Positions 35,841-50,639 of a stretch of 64,000 nt of DNA are shown one piece after another. Origin of the DNA: Leucoraja ocellata (taxonomy: Eukaryota); NCBI GenBank assembly GCA_036785375.1, contig JAWMAR010000069.1:7192001-7256000 (forward strand), written 5' to 3'. Position 1 is the stretch's first letter; every line of letters begins with the position of its first letter. Both the position numbers and the translations under genes were made by a program. Below the pieces are notes generated by a model. That model made no database searches. It had not been told where the DNA came from and was given only the letters and a program-made list of their open reading frames with translations.

Positions 35841-38159
35841 CTTTTTATTGTGCTAGGATATTTGAGTCTTTCTATAGAACAATTTCTGACAATAGTGATG
35901 GGAGAAGCTATTTCAATGAGGCAGCAGAAGGGTTGCCATTGCAACACAGGTACACTGGATAGTTTCCTGGGACAGTGGGCTTGCAATTTGAGGGCCGATT
36001 GAGTGGACAGCCCCTCGTGTTCCAGACTTAGAAAAGAAAGGAAAGACTTCATTGATGTTTACAACATACACACAAGGTGTAACAGAGTGCAGCAAATCCT
36101 TTTTTCAAAGATGAATAGTGTAGAGTGAGTGGTCAAAGCCTTGTAATAAGAAATTATTTATATCGGACTGAAAATAAGAGAACTTCACTCGACAGAAGGG
36201 GAATCTTTGAATCTATTTACCCTGGAGAATTGTTGAGTCAAAGGAATTGAGTTCATTTGCAGCAGAGACAAGATTGTTGTTGAATATTAAGGGAGTATGG
36301 GAATAGTACAGTAATGTTGACATTGGAGCAGAATATCAGCCAGAATGTGTAGAACCAGCAGACCAAGGATCAGATCGCCTCCACCAGCTCCAAATGTTAG
36401 TGTTTGTATCATTTGTGAACTCCATCCAGTTTAAACCCCTCTGATAACTCATCAAACATTTAGCAAAGATGCTATCCAGGGCTTTGAAGTATATTTTTGG
36501 TATAAAGTTATTCGGCATTGAGATTAGAAGCTTTAATTCTATTAAACCCTTCTGTTTTTGATGCATGAATTTTAAGCCCGTGAGCCTATATCATCTTAAA
36601 TCAATTGGATTTCAAATTTGTTTGCCAAACATATAGCTAGTAATCTTAGATCTGGAGATAAATGATACTGGCAACAGAATGAGTTGGGATAAAATGTCTG
36701 GTTTGAGGGCTATTCGTTGAGTGTTTGTTGATTGACAATATAAACTAGAATTGTAAATCTTGCAGTCTTGAAATATTTGGCTTTCCATTTGATCAAAATC
36801 CATCTTTAAATGAGACGTGAACATTCGTGCTGAAGTCTTGACCGAAAACATCAACTATGCTACTCTCTCCCCCCTGATACTGCCTGAACTACAAAGCGCT
36901 TCCTGTATGCTCCCTGTTTCTATCCAAGACTGCTCAGCAGGAATCCTGAAACGCTAACTTCTGAACTGCTATTTTGGCAATGTTGTGTGATAATCCTTGA
37001 GCGCACAGTGGCAACTACTTTGATGGGAACATTTTTTAATGTTGCACTTGGTGATAAACATTTCCACTGCGTCCTTGGGACCTCGCCTTTTAGAGAGCTG
37101 TAGCTATTTGCTGTATCTGTTAAGGCTCTACAAAGAATGCATAATATCAACATGAAACATTGATGCTATTAACAAAGGGCTTTTCTACATAACGTCTCAG
37201 GACAGTTTCCAATTGTCAAGTTGTAGTCGATGTGAATCGTTTTTTCCCAAGCCTCTACCCAAGGACATTTGTAAAATCACTAAGAATATTTTCACCAATT
37301 CTGTGAAATTGAGTAATGAAGCAGAATGCAACATTGCTTGGTCACTTGAATTGGAAATGTGACTGTGGTTCTGCTTTGGAGTGGCAGCATGGTTAAATGT
37401 TATTAATGTTATTAAAACTAAATTGAACCATTTACAAGTTTCATTGATGTACATAATCAGTTTGTTGCTTGGTTGTTTAATATCTCTATACCTAAAAATA
37501 AATCCTTTGTTTGTGGATTGTACGCTCCCTGTGAAAGTCAATGGGATCTGATGCACTATACGAAGATGGGCCCACTTATTCCCTTGCACCTCAAAAAATA
37601 TTTAATTTCAAGATCCTTGATCTTCTGCAATCGGAATGAATTTGCCAGGTTCATTGTTTTAAACTGGACTTCTGCCAACAGGCCTGGCTTTTGGCGAATG
37701 ATCTAGAATTCACAATGCACCTGTGAATGCATTTGATTTGTCTTGCCGATGCACCAAGCACGGTTTTGGGTGTGGGACTAAATATTTTACTAGTGCAGGG
37801 ATCCATTGCCTTGCGTTCTTTTGAAAGCATGTTGTTCAGGAAATATAGGGTGGCTGGGGAGATGTTGGGAAAAGAGATGAATTTCTAGTTCAATATTCAC
37901 CTGTATCAGCCTCGTCATGACAACATCCTAGTCATGGCCCTTATCTGAATCCTCTGGAGTGATGAAGATGTGTGCCCCAACCACTAGATTTCTCTGCACA
38001 TTATCATTCTGCAGCGGAGTAGTAGAGAGAGAAATGATCAACATTTCGGATCAATAACCATGCATCTGAACGATTTATTCCTTCGGAAATGCTGAACATT
38101 TTTTTCCTTGAGACACTGCCTGAGCTGCTGAGGGTTTTCAACATTTTTTTTGCTTCTGT

Positions 38160-38400
38160 TATTATTACCGAAGCCAATTAACCTACAAACCTGTACGTCT
38201 TTGGAGTGTGGGAGGAAACCAGAGCACCTAGAGAAAATCCATGTGGTCACGAGGAGGACAATAGATAATAGGTGCAGGAGTAGGCCATTCGGCCCTTTGA
38301 GCCAGCACCCCCATTCACTGTGATCATGGCTGAAACGTGAAAATTCCATGCACACAGTGCCAATAGTCTGGATCGAACCCGGGTCTCTGGTGTTGTATGA
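38160..38400 (-). mobile_element. HE1-type V-SINE with CR1 tail inserted (~38257-38332)
   Basis: gccaattaacctacaaacctgtacgtctttggagtgtgggagg core and reversed B-box ggatcgaacccgggtc. Confidence 0.75.
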
Positions 38401-38629
38401 TATCTGTGCCCCCCCCCCCCCCCCCCTGGGATTTGTGCAATAGGAATTTAGTGGATCCAAAGAAAAGAGCGATCCAATTTCTGGCTTTTCTGCCTTCTAT
38501 TAATTCACAGTAAAATGTAGTGCTTGTAAATTGTGAAATTAGTTTCCTAAACACATTGTTAGCTTGTGATCATCTGGCAATATTGGTTTGACTTGCTTAG
38601 AGTGGGCATGTGAATATTGATTCTTCAAA

Positions 38630-38880
38630 TTCTTTCATTAATCTCTCAATACAAAAAAAAAACAGACCCTGGAGGGTTTCAGCTTGTCAGGCAACATATG
38701 TCGAGGATAATGAGCAAACAATGTTTCAGTCCGGGTCCCTTCTTCAATTGAGTCTTGAAGGAAGGTCTTGGTCCGAAATGTTGTCCATCCATTTTCCGTC
38801 ACAAATGTTGCCTGATCCACTGAGTTCCTCCAGCAGTTTGTTTTCTCAAGATTAAAGCATGTACTGACTTTTGCGTCACC
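38630..38880. mobile_element. Old palindromic Penelope-like pLTR unit
   Basis: cccttcttcaattgagtcttgaaggaaggtcttggtccgaaatgttg centre with inverted arms. Confidence 0.55.
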
Positions 38881-39684
38881 ACTGATGTCTCATTTCTGTT
38901 TTCTTGGGAGTTTTAACTTCTAAATCTTTTCACTTGAAATCTACTGTGACTGTCTTCCACATTGTGTATAGTATCTTATCTCCATTATAGAATAATTAAT
39001 CATGATGTTTTTGGGCAGGAGCATAACGTGGAGATGAAATCGGAAAAAAAGGAGATGACATCCATAGCACTGAACTACATTTTGCCAGCAGCACAGTTCA
39101 CATTCACTGTAAATCACCTCGGTATAGTTTATGGCATTTTGTCAGTGTGGAGATTTACTTTTGCCAGGAATCTGAACGGGCGCTTGGCCTGTTCTGTCAT
39201 TGTTGCCTTCTGTAGTAATTAGTGTATTATACTTCACTGTCAAATAATGAAACAACAGAATATTTGCTGCCATTTCCAGTGTTAACATGTCTTGTCATTT
39301 TATTGAATTGCTTTTAAAGCCAAAGAAAAAGATGGCAAGGCAATTCAACTTGAAATATAACTAAGTTTTTCAAATTATCCTTTTAAGGCAAATATACAAG
39401 CCAGAACATAAACTACCAAATCAAACTGTTAATTCTGATTTAGTCAAAAAGACAACCTTCGTGCAGGGTTGGTCAAACCATGTCCCAGATATTGCAACTT
39501 GTCTCGGACCACTTCTGTGAATGAAGCTGAAGGTATCTTGCACTCCATAATGTTCTGTTGTTGCAGAGAGATTGCCGCAGGATGAGTGTCGTAGGTGATG
39601 ATGGAGTTTACAAGGTGTGTGAGTGGTGACGGGGTGAGCATCGGGTCGGGCCTTGCAGGTTGGGGGTGACATGGCGATGCACCA

Positions 39685-39925
39685 GTCGACCCGGATTCCA
39701 TCCTGACTATGGGTGCTGTCTGTACAGAGTTTGCGCATTCTCCCTGTGATCACGTGGGTTTTCTTCAGGTGGTCCAATTTCCTACCACACTCCGAAGACG
39801 TACAGTTTTGTAGGTTATTTGGCTTCTGTAAATTTTCCCAATTGTGTAGGATAGTGCTAGTGTACGTGGTGATCGCTGGTCAGAATGGACTTGGGCCGAC
39901 GGACCTGTTTCCACATTGTGTATCT
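39685..39925 (+). mobile_element. HE1-type V-SINE
   Basis: atcctgactatgggtgctgtctgtacagagtttg...ggacctgtttccacattgtgtatct. Confidence 0.8.
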
Positions 39926-40147
39926 AATGGTGAGGACATCGATGGTGCACGTAAAGTGTAATGATGGAACGATGAGGAATACCCTGGAGGATCGTCGATG
40001 CTTTGATCTACCCAGTGGCATCTGAGTAAGGTTGGTCTGTTTAATGCTGAATTGGGTCTTCACCTTACAGTTAAGACTTGCTTCAGTTCTTGCAAGAGTT
40101 GCCTGTCATTGTGGGAGCCAAAGAGGCTCCATGACAAAGCTTTGTCA

Positions 40148-40410
40148 TTTAGTCATGGAGTGATACAGTGTGGAAACAAGCCCTTCGGCCCATCATGTCC
40201 ACACCGGCCAACATGTCCCAGCTACACTCATCCCATCTGCCTGCACTTGGTCCATATCCCTCCAAACCTGTTCTATATATGTACCTGCCTCAACTACCTC
40301 CTCTGTCAACTTGTTCCATACACCCACTCTTTGTGTGAAAAGGTTACCCCTCAGATTCCTATTAAAGTTTCTCTCCTTCACCTTGAACCTATGTCCTCTG
40401 GTCCATGATT
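40148..40410 (-). mobile_element. CR1/HER1 3' fragment
   Basis: Track ORF 40193-40381 RNLRGNLFTQRVGVWNKL, plus the tail. Confidence 0.8.
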
Positions 40411-40974
40411 CCTCTGTTTCAGGAAATTATGTCAACAATTTTGCCTGCAGTTTTCTGTTTTGACCGAGAAATATCTTGATGTTTGTGATTTGCTTTTAAA
40501 TACCTGAAGTAAATTCCTGGGTGCAGATTGCATTACAATTTGAATACCTGTCATATAACAAATGCAGGGATAATTCTCTTCAGAAAGTGACATAATCTGC
40601 AGATGTGCAACATTGCAGAGCTGCCAATAAAATTGTTCAGAATCTTCCTGAAATCCTGTCCTGATTTGCTTTGCAAAAAAAAAACTCAATGAAACAAGTT
40701 TTTTAAAGACAAAGTGGTGATCCACAGCTATAACATATCATTTCAGTGTTTCTGAGCAAGATCATGAACCGTTCAGTCTATGAAGACAAGTTCATGGATC
40801 TTTGGCTTTCCCTTACTGAAGTCAACAATCAGCTCCTTGGTTTTGTTCAGAGCAAAATTGTTATTCTGGCAACATTCAATTAAATTACTGATTCCCCTTC
40901 TGTTCTTCAATTGCATCTACCTTTTGTAAGAATGCCATCCCTTTCTTGCAGTTTCTCTGTCGTCTTGCATTGAC

Positions 40975-41105
40975 TTTTATACCACGCCAATTAACCTACA
41001 AACCTGTATGTCTTTGGAGTGTGGGAGGGAACCTAAGATCTCGGAGAAACCATGCAGAGAACGTACAAACTCCGTATAGACAGCACCCATAGTCAGGATC
41101 AAACT
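40975..41105 (-). mobile_element. HE1-type V-SINE fragment
   Basis: Same core as the 38160 and 60495 copies. Confidence 0.75.
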
Positions 41106-42384
41106 TTGCATGGAACGCAACAGACTTGTACAACAAAATGTCTAGTTGTTACAATAAGTGACCCTGAAGTGATAAAATTGTATTCCACTCTGTAGCAAGT
41201 ACATACTCAATGACTTGGCACAGAAATAAACTTCACTATTCTATTTAATGTCTACGACAGAATCTCCCACATTTTTATATTACAGAACAAAAAAAGCAGC
41301 AAGTTAAATTCAGATTGGATTAGGAAGGAACTGCAGATGCTGATTTACAAAGAGACAGTGCTGGAGTCAATGGGTCAGGAAACATCTCTGGAGAACATGG
41401 ACCGGTGATGTTTCCAGGTTAGGACCTGTCATCATACTGCTTTGAATTCAGACTTGGTTACCATTCCGAGCTGTCGGAATTCCAAGTAAACATGGAGAAC
41501 AAACTAGAATCCATTTTAAAGAATGTAAAGTAATGGTACTTATCACTAGAGATGACTGAATCTAAGCGAAATGGGACTGGGTAAGTGAGTTTGCTACTGA
41601 GTTTAGTGCATCAGGATTTGGAATGGGGACCAAGATCCCAACATAACTATACCACACACCTTCTCAAATCTGGGTACCTAATAGCAGTTTGATGCAGTGT
41701 TCTTCAAAATGCTGACGGGTGATTGAGATAAATGAAAGGACACATAGAATCAAATGAGTAAAAGCCTAATATAGAGCTGTAGCCAGGATATCAAGGTGGT
41801 CATGGCTTGGAATGGACTTCCAACCAGAGTAAAAAAATGATTAGAAATGATACCAATAAATTTAGAGGCCAGGAATCCATTTTATATATTAAAAAAACAA
41901 AACATTTATGCTATTTTACCATAAACATGGATTCAGTAAATTGTGCATCGTGCTGCCACCAATTGTAAATGCGACACAAATACCCCAACCACAGGATTAA
42001 CCAAGTGAAATATTTGCATTGGACTAATGAATTTCTTTGTTCCTCTGAAAGCACTCCAGAAATGAAAGAAAAAGTGTGCCAAGCATAATAATATCTGAGG
42101 GTTAAGGTAATCCTAATATTAATCCTGATGAAAGAGTCACAATAATAGGAGATGATAACTGGAACATTCAACAAGGCAAAGCTTTTTGAGCTTTTTTTTA
42201 AACATCTGAAAGCCTGGTCAAAGCTGGGGAAATGGGTACAACAGGATGATTTGCAGAATTCCCATGACTTGGGATTGCTGTACCCATGAGATGTTTGAGG
42301 CCACGGTGATATTTGAGTATTACATATGTTTTGGGATAGGAATTATAGGGAAATGATGCAAGATAAAACAGTAGTGATTATTTT

Positions 42385-42660
42385 TGCGCAGCGGTTGAGT
42401 TGCTGCCTTGCAGTGTAAGAGATATGGGTTCAAGTGCTGTCTGTATGGAGTTTGGACCTTCTCACCATGACCATGTGAGTTTTCTCCAGCAGCTCCGGTT
42501 TCTTCCCACACTCCAAAGACATACAGGTTTGTAGATTAATTGGCTTTGATAAGGTGTAAAATTGTCCCTAGAGTGTGTTGATTGGTGTACCAGGTCTGTG
42601 TGCTGGTCGGTGTGTACTTGGTGGGTCAAAGGGCCTGTTTCCACACTGTATCTCAAGTCT
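42385..42660 (+). mobile_element. HE1-type V-SINE, near full length
   Basis: gcgcagcggttgagttgctgccttgcag head, ggttcaag B-box-like motif, V-domain core and CR1 tail. Confidence 0.8.
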
Positions 42661-44624
42661 AAGAGTGTTCAGGATACATTTCATAAGGATGAATCATTAG
42701 GAAAGCAATGAAGAAAGCTTTGGGGAAAACAAGGCTACGGTTAAGAACTCTATGATTATTTGAATGGCGTGAGATCAAGAGGGCAAATTGCCTTTTAAGG
42801 ACTGATGCAAAGGTGGAGATGGGTACAGTTGGTGATTAATTCAGTAATTAAACCTCCTCGTCCAATGTTTTACACGCAATGCTTAAACCTTGCAGAAAGC
42901 TTCCGCATGAACTAAAAAAATAAGAGACAATTTGTATCATTACAAATGTTACTCATTTTTGTTGACCCCATTACTTCTTTTGGTATCACTGACATACCGA
43001 ATAAAGAACTAAGGTTTAGTACAATTTAATTTTTTATTAGTGCTTAAATTAACATGCATCCACACCTTTGACTTCTATTGACTTAAGATTTAATTTACTG
43101 TTCCAATTGATCACTTGTACTAAATCACAAGACTCATGAATTGAACTGAATACTACTTGTCTGAAATGAAACTGGCCAGATTTACTGCAGCAAGTTTCAG
43201 TTTTCTGAGTTGTGGTCTCGGGCTCCTCTTCAGTGACAACTCTGGGAACAACCAGTAACCTTGAATGCCTCTTTTATAGATGGTTTCTTCTGGCCTACTA
43301 GCAGGTTACTAGACCTAACGTGTCTAAAGAAACTCGTGAATGTACTTATTTAAACAAGCAGGATTTGTCTGTTCCATTGCTTTTCATAGTGAACAAAAAA
43401 GGACCAATTGCACTGTTCACTTTTTCAATCCTTAGTTTGAGGATCCAAGCTTTATTAACGGAAATAACCTTTCACCATCAGTTATGGCTCTTTTGTTCCC
43501 CTTCCTCTTTGTGTTAGGCTAAACAATCCATGTACATGTGACGATTCTCAGAATTTGTGTAAAGTTGCTTTTTCTTCCCATTGTGCTCGCTGAGGTGTCG
43601 CTGTCTGTCAAACTCTGTAATTCGTTCCAAGCCAAAGATTGTGCAGTATTCGAAAAGATTCTTCCTTCAGCACCTGCTGATTTAGCGTTTGGGAACGTGG
43701 GGCAGCTTCAAGTTTTCCCTTTTGAAAAGCCTTCAGATGATTGAGATCAAAGTGACTACCTTTATTATATACATCTAGAGGGGGAAAAAGTATTTAAATG
43801 GAGATATATATTCCAGATAAATAGTCGGTAATAACACTTTGCAAATACATTTTGAAGCGGAACAGCACAATTCCCATAAATGCTCTTGCCCCCTTTATTC
43901 CCTGAGATGTAATCAAGAATTAAAATATAAAAATACATAAATATGGGATATAACTGACACATCTGGAAAGACAGTGTTTTATTTGCAAACATCTACCCCA
44001 TAAATCCATTCTCGTGTCTCGATAAATGTAAGACCAAATGCCTCTTTTGAAAAGTGAAGAGATTCAACAAAATGTTATAAAATGGCATGTTTCAGCATTT
44101 TTCAAGAAGTGGTGAGATATATAGTAATAAGAAGTGGCAAGTGTTTCAAATCTCATGAAGTGTGATAAACACTCTTAAATATGAGAGTTCTAATGCACCA
44201 CCCCTTGATGTTAAAATATTATACTGTAGGAGGCAATGGTTCATGGCCCAAAATAATGTTTATGTTCGGAGGTCGATGAGTTTACAAATACCATAGGTTT
44301 TTCCCAGTCATTATTGTGCAGCAATAATATTTACGCATATCTATTATAATCTGTCATTGTTTTCTAGGGCATTCAAACACTGAGCTTCTCTTATTTGCTG
44401 TGGAACCAAGGTTAATTGGCTTCAATTTGTGCGTCACTCCTCATTCCCTTTATCATTACTGTATTCAATTAACTGCAATTAGTCCTGTTTTTGTGAAGGC
44501 TGAATGAAATTAACATCCCCAACCCCCATTTTTATGTAGGCTTTGCTTTGCTGAGAATTTCAAAACAATTTTGCTCATTTTTTATTCATTTTAAATGGAC
44601 AAAGCCTGCCATTTGTATGATACT

Positions 44625-45062
44625 AGGTACACAAAAATGCTGGAGAAACTCAGCGGGTGCAGCAGCATCTATGGAGCGAAGGAAATAGGCGACATTTCGG
44701 GCCGAAACCCTTCTTCAGACTGATGGGGGGTGGGGGGGGGGGGGGGGAAGGAAGGAAAAAGGGAGGAGGAGGAGTCCGAGGGCGGGGGGGATGGGAGGAG
44801 ACAGCTCGAGGGTTAAGGAAGGGGAGGAGACAGCAAGAGCTAGCAAAACTGGGAGAATTCAACGTTCATGCCATCCAGACGCAAGCAACCCAGGCGGAAT
44901 ATGAGGTGCTGTTCCTCCAATTTCCGGTGTTGCTCACTCTGGCAATGGAGGAGACCCAGGACAGAGAGGTCGGATTGGGAATGGGAGGGGGAGTTGAAGT
45001 GCTGAGCCACCGGGAGTTCAGGTAGGTTATTGCGGACTGAGCGGAGGTGTTCAGCGAAACGC
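44625..45062 (-). mobile_element. Young 5'-truncated Penelope-like element (GIY-YIG endonuclease C-terminus, UTR, pLTR with hammerhead motif)
   Basis: Uninterrupted RFAEHLRSVRNNLPELPVAQHFNSPSHS...LEEQHLIFRLGCLRLDGMNVEFSQFC (44840-45064), followed by CTGAAGAagggtttcggcccGAAATGTC on the minus strand. Confidence 0.9.
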
Positions 45063-45803
45063 ACTATGCTCCTAGTTCCACGTCATTGCCTTCTCTGGCA
45101 CTGACAAGTGAGTTGCAAAAAGATTGTTTTTGAAAGAGGGGGGAATACCCTTGCTATGCTGAATTTGGTATTGCTGAAGTACAAAGACGGCTTATTTAAT
45201 TTGCAATTATTAAAGAGTCAAAATATGATGAGGGGCATGGCGGATCACCACAACTGAGTCTGTTATGAAATAAAGCACAGTAAATGCACTACTCTCTTCA
45301 CAAGGAAATTGAAAGGCAGGATGTTTTTGGTGCATTAAATGTGTGCTATTTACCATTTCATTGATCATTGTTTTAAGAGTGTTATTATGCAGTCCACAAG
45401 CAGTGAAAGATGACCAAGTTACCTTGAGGATTCCTGCAGCAGAGCACTGGGCCAGTGGAGTCTTCTGACACAGGTGACCATGTTCCTATGTGGTAGTCTC
45501 CAGTCATCCACATTTTTGATCCACTCGTTTAGCTTTCGAGTTTGCCTGGGGACCTTGTTGAGGCTTACATGGTTTCCTGCTATCCGAGTCGCCACTTGTG
45601 GATCAAGGTGTCAAAACATGAGAAACTTTTTTGGGCACCTGTTTATTTGGCAGCTGTTACTGTCACCTCCTTAAACTCATCATTTTGTTCCTATGCATTC
45701 TCATCGCCATGCCCCTGGCAATGAACTGCCATCCAAAAAACAGAATAGCACAGGAACAGACCCTGTGGCCCACAATATCTACACCAAACAAGATACCAAG
45801 TTA

Positions 45804-46044
45804 AGGGCCTGTCCCACGGGCATTATTTGCGTGTCATTTATGCGACATCATTTACGCGTCTCAATGCAAGACGCTCGTGTTGTGACGCGCACGTAACGCA
45901 CACGTGGCGTGCATTATGCGCGCATGGTGCGTGGTGAGACGTGGTGACGTAGGCAGTAATGCGCGGTGAGCATTATTTTGGGATGCTCAATCCTCGCGCG
46001 CCACCTGCATGACGCGCAAATGATACTCAAGTGGGACAGGCCCT
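45804..46044. mobile_element. PIF/Harbinger-type MITE, CpG-rich, inserted in a CR1 tail (~45740-46130, -)
   Basis: AGGGCCTGTCCCAC...GTGGGACAGGCCCT perfect 14-bp TIR with imperfect extension. Flanks TTA / TGA. Confidence 0.8.
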
Positions 46045-48349
46045 TGAATCTCTTCTGCCTACATGTGTTCAGTATCCCTCCATACTCTGCATATCCATGT
46101 GCCTACCTGTCTCTACTACCTTCTAAGTTATTGCAAACAACATTTTTTTTATTGGTTCCTTATTGTTCTCTTATCACTTCCCTCTGCCTGCTAATGAACC
46201 CTCTACATCTCTAACCTTTTCTGTTAATAATGGAAAAAGCAAATAGATCCCATTTTAACTTTTATTGATTTGGTTGCACTTGAGTTAAGTGGGTTATTAA
46301 TGAACGATTTGCATATTATAGCATCATTAGAAGATCTGCAGTCTTTGAGTCCCGACCATCTATTCCTTTGCCAACGCTTCTAAAGTCAAAGAACAATTGG
46401 TTATTCACTCCATTGATTACTGAATCAAATGTCCTCTCTCTCTACCCAGATCACACAGTTAAGCAACATCTGCCTTAGACTATTATGTGCCCTTTTATGT
46501 GTCAATTGTGCAAGAAATGTCTGACTAGGTACTACCCAGCCAGCAGAAGGCCTATCCAAGAGAATGGACCAGGCACATCCAGCAACAATGTATGATGGTG
46601 TGGGTTTCACTTCCTCATCGTAATTCCAGCACATAATGTTGTCTCAAAATATGATTGCTTATTTTGATTGGCTGGCAACAGAAATTGTATCAAGAGGGCA
46701 TAATGCACAACCTTGCTGCAAGAAAATTACTTTGGTAAATTTATTTTGCAACAGTGACAAGAGTTTAGAGGCATTAGGTTACGAGTGAAAACTCGTCAGG
46801 GAACCCTGAAGACGTGACGGACACAGTAAAACAAATAATAGTGTGATGTTCCTTTGATGATTAAATGTCATCAATAATTACACCATTTTCTTTTTGCTTC
46901 ATTGTAAATCTGTAGTGTTCTTGATCTATGAGATCAGCTTCATCTACAGATGACAAAGTGGGAAGGTATTTTAAATATGTGAAGTTTTTTTAATGTTTGC
47001 CTTCTCTGAGGTATGGTAAATTTGAACTGATTTCTTCACTTCTGGTGGAAGTACTTGTGAACAAATCCACTACAAAATTTTAAGCTGAAACATTTGCTTA
47101 TCTAAATCCTATTGGAAGACTAATATCCACATGCGTTTCCTGTCTTCAAAAGCCTTGGTTCCTGTTGTCATTCTATATCTCAAGCTCGTTTGTTCATTAT
47201 AAATTCATAACTGATGCTATCCAAGTCGATTTACATTTCATAAATATTGAGTCTGGACTTCTCCTTTCATAACTGAACATGTAATTTTTTTTTTTAATAT
47301 GAGAAATGCCTCCCTGCTGTGTGTGAACACATTATTAGAATTCATCTGAATTGCAACCGTGCTTATGGAAATGGAATTGCCACATCCCAATGTAATGCAA
47401 AGAAGAAATTCTCTTGCTGATGATGCAAGGTTATTCACCTGTAATATTTGATTGTTTACTTGCCCAGCTACTACCTGGCCTGCAGAGTATTTCCAACATT
47501 TTCTAATTTCGTACTACAGACTACAAAACTTGAAATGTATCGAATCTTGATAATACGATTATATGTTGAAATAATGGTTGATGTTAGAGTAAAGGGGATT
47601 GGGCTCATTGGATTGATTTGGTGGTTTAATTCAATGATTTGTAGTGAATGTCCATCATATGTGCTAAGTCACCTTTTATGTATCTTCATGAAGCTGCATG
47701 GATCTTTGACAAAGCAGCAGATGGAAGCAGGAAATATCAATTTATTAAATTAATGATATCCATCACATTTAATTTGATTTGTTAACATTGTAATTTAAGC
47801 AGCATACAGAAGCAGAGGCAGATGCAGTGTATAACGATATGCAAAAGTTCTTATCTTTTTAATAAGCTTCATCTTTTGACTTAAAATTGATGCCACTTAG
47901 AACTTGAACAATTTGAAGCACCTAATATAGTTGTCAGGAGTCAAAGCCATACAACGTTGTGAATTAAAGCTGGGGAATTTTTTCAAGTATGTAATATTCA
48001 GTGCAGTGTGGTAAGTTCAATATATTCAAAGTGCACTTCACAGCTAAGAAGGTTAAGAGGTAACGTTGGAGACCAAAACATTTTCAAACACTGTACAGAA
48101 GAAGACTATTTATCGAATCGGGCTGCTGCTTGTCAGAATACTTTGAGTGGTTTTCCCCCCCCTTTGCTCTTTTCCATAGCCATGGAACTCTTAATATCCA
48201 ATTGTATCCAAAAATTCCCATAGACAAGGTTAATATCTGAAGTATTTACTCCTTTCTCTGTTGGTTAAATGAGATTATTGTAAGGTGCATTTGTATTAAG
48301 AGCAACTTGACTTGGGTTCTGCCAAACGTGTGAACTCTATGCCTTGATT

Positions 48350-48620
48350 ATTGGGGGTAGCAAATGGTTGGGAATGTCATACATCAGCAAGTTCCCTTCT
48401 CGGTCACCCACCATCTGACAAAAATATCATTGCTCCTTCATTGGCACTGGATACGAATCTTGGCACTTTATATCATGGAAGATGGAGGAATGATGACCAC
48501 AATAAATACAGCGGTAGCTCCAGAAGGTGGCTCATCACCATCTTCACAAGGGCATTTGAGTGATGAAGGTAAATCCTGACCATGGTGCCTCTTCTCGCAT
48601 GGGAACTAGGTAATGAAAAA
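48350..48620 (+). mobile_element. Old CR1-group LINE 3' remnant
   Basis: Resembles the reverse complement of 61450-61760 (agaaggtggctcatcaccatcttcacaagggca). Confidence 0.55.
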
Positions 48621-49329
48621 AATAAGACTTTACAAATTTGATATGTATTTAAATTATTTTGATAAGTAACCATTAACTCCCAAACACATGTCACAGGAAA
48701 ATTACTGATCCCAACACTGATATGTAGTTAAATATTTCTCCGTTTTATGCATTTAAGTAATACCTTAAGGTATTTCTCGCCTAGGAAGTTCTGAAAATGA
48801 TCTTAAGTAATATGGGCTGTTAACCTAAAGGCAATTGGTTTCATTTTTGGACGGCCATTGAACTGCTTGCATTCATTACACCTTCAGTGTTTATACCTTA
48901 TTAGTTTTATTGTGTAAGTGCATTTCTGGCGACAACTTTAATGTGAGATTTAAGCAAGGCACTGCTGCACAGTCCTCCACATTAAAGTTTTATGAGCCAG
49001 TTCTCTGCTGCTCTCAGTGAAGCCAGTTGTCTCTTGTCTAATGGCTGGAGGTTATGCATCAATACTGTAGATTGCCATCTTATTTATTGATGTCTGACAA
49101 AACCAGAGTTCCTATCCTCTAATAAAACCTAACCCTTTCCATGCTTTATATTCTATTATTGAAATAACCAGCATTAATGTAAAAGCAAGTTTTATTTTGA
49201 ACAGTCTTACCCCGCTGAAATACTCCTATGCTCAGTGCCTTTTTTTTTGTATATTGTATTGTATTCAAATTTATTGTCATTGTCTCAATTTGAGACAACA
49301 AAATGAATTTCCCTTACAGGCAGTATCAT

Positions 49330-49410
49330 TTAAAAAATAAAATAAATAAATAAATAAAAAAATCATAAAAAAATAAAAATAAATAAATAATAAAACATAT
49401 TAAAAATAAA
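49330..49410. repeat. (AAAT)n-like low-complexity tract
   Basis: Direct reading. It follows a reversed Rex1-type tail at ~49250-49325. Confidence 0.85.
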
Positions 49411-50639
49411 ATTGAAATAGCAGTATCAACAGTGCCTTCTGCATTATTTAGAAAGGATTGTTTTGAATTGTTTCCAAAATAAATTGAGAAGAGTTTGTAT
49501 ATTAAGCACAAGATCATGCTGATGCTGGAATCTTGAGCAAAACTCAGTGCTGGGGGAACTCAGTGGGTCAGGCAGCATCTGTGGAGGACAGGTGATGTTT
49601 CTGCCTGATGCAATATAATTCCTCTGGTACCTTGTGTCCCGTTTACAATTTAATTGTCTATAAAATTATGTATCTGCAACTATTATATCAGTGGGAAAGA
49701 ATGGGGCAAGTTATCAATGTTAACTCATGGATGTGAAGAGTAAATATTTATTTGTTCATGGATATGGTATCTCTTCACTTTTGTTTACTTTGGGAATGTA
49801 ATCAAATAAATGTATTGTACTATAAATTCTTCCAGAACTGTTTACAGGCAAAGATTTATAATGTCACCAGGGGGCATAGCCTAAAAATATTTCAGCATTG
49901 AATGAAGTTGGAAACTGCTCAATCTCCACCTGGAGGAGAAATGCAAGCTGTCATTTATGTGTTGATGCTCGGGAAATTGTTCATTTTAAATTCAAGTTTG
50001 GATTGAGTTTTGTCAATTAAATATGGTAAGATGTCAGACAAACACTATAATGTGATCTCGTTGGCCAGCAGAACAAGTTTGAGTGGCTAAATTATGCTGT
50101 CTTGTCTTGCTCAAATATGTGCTGTAGACATATCTACGGATTACACAATGTTACCACTGTTCTCGGATTGTGAAATTGTATGTAATATTTTCCAAACATT
50201 TCGACTCAAGATCCATGTATTCTGCCAGTTATTTCATCTATCTCCATATCTAATTGTCTTTAAAGTATGTGGAAGTGGTGGGTTACCAATCAGATTTCTA
50301 GTGCAATATTGTGAATAGCACATTATCCCAAAAACACAAAGGATATATAGTGTTAGCACTTTTACCTGTGGAGACTAACATGGCAAGATCATATCCAATG
50401 TGGGCAATAAGCACTGTCAAACATAATATGTGAAAGGAAGTTCTGTTTTGGGCTATGTCAAATTAGTTAAAGTCAATCACGTTGTGTGTGTGATTGGACC
50501 CCAGCAAATAGACAGCATTGTTTTCCTATTGTAAGGGACATGAGTGAATGTTTAGAACAGTCTGACAGCTTCAAGGTTGCTTCTCCTGACACTGGAATGT
50601 TTTCATAATTTATTAAAAGTTAACATCTTAAAACTTCAT

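Noticed and set aside
42385-42440. tRNA gene
   Set aside because: Decayed tRNA-derived SINE head that cannot form a cloverleaf. The same applies to the other HE1 copies.
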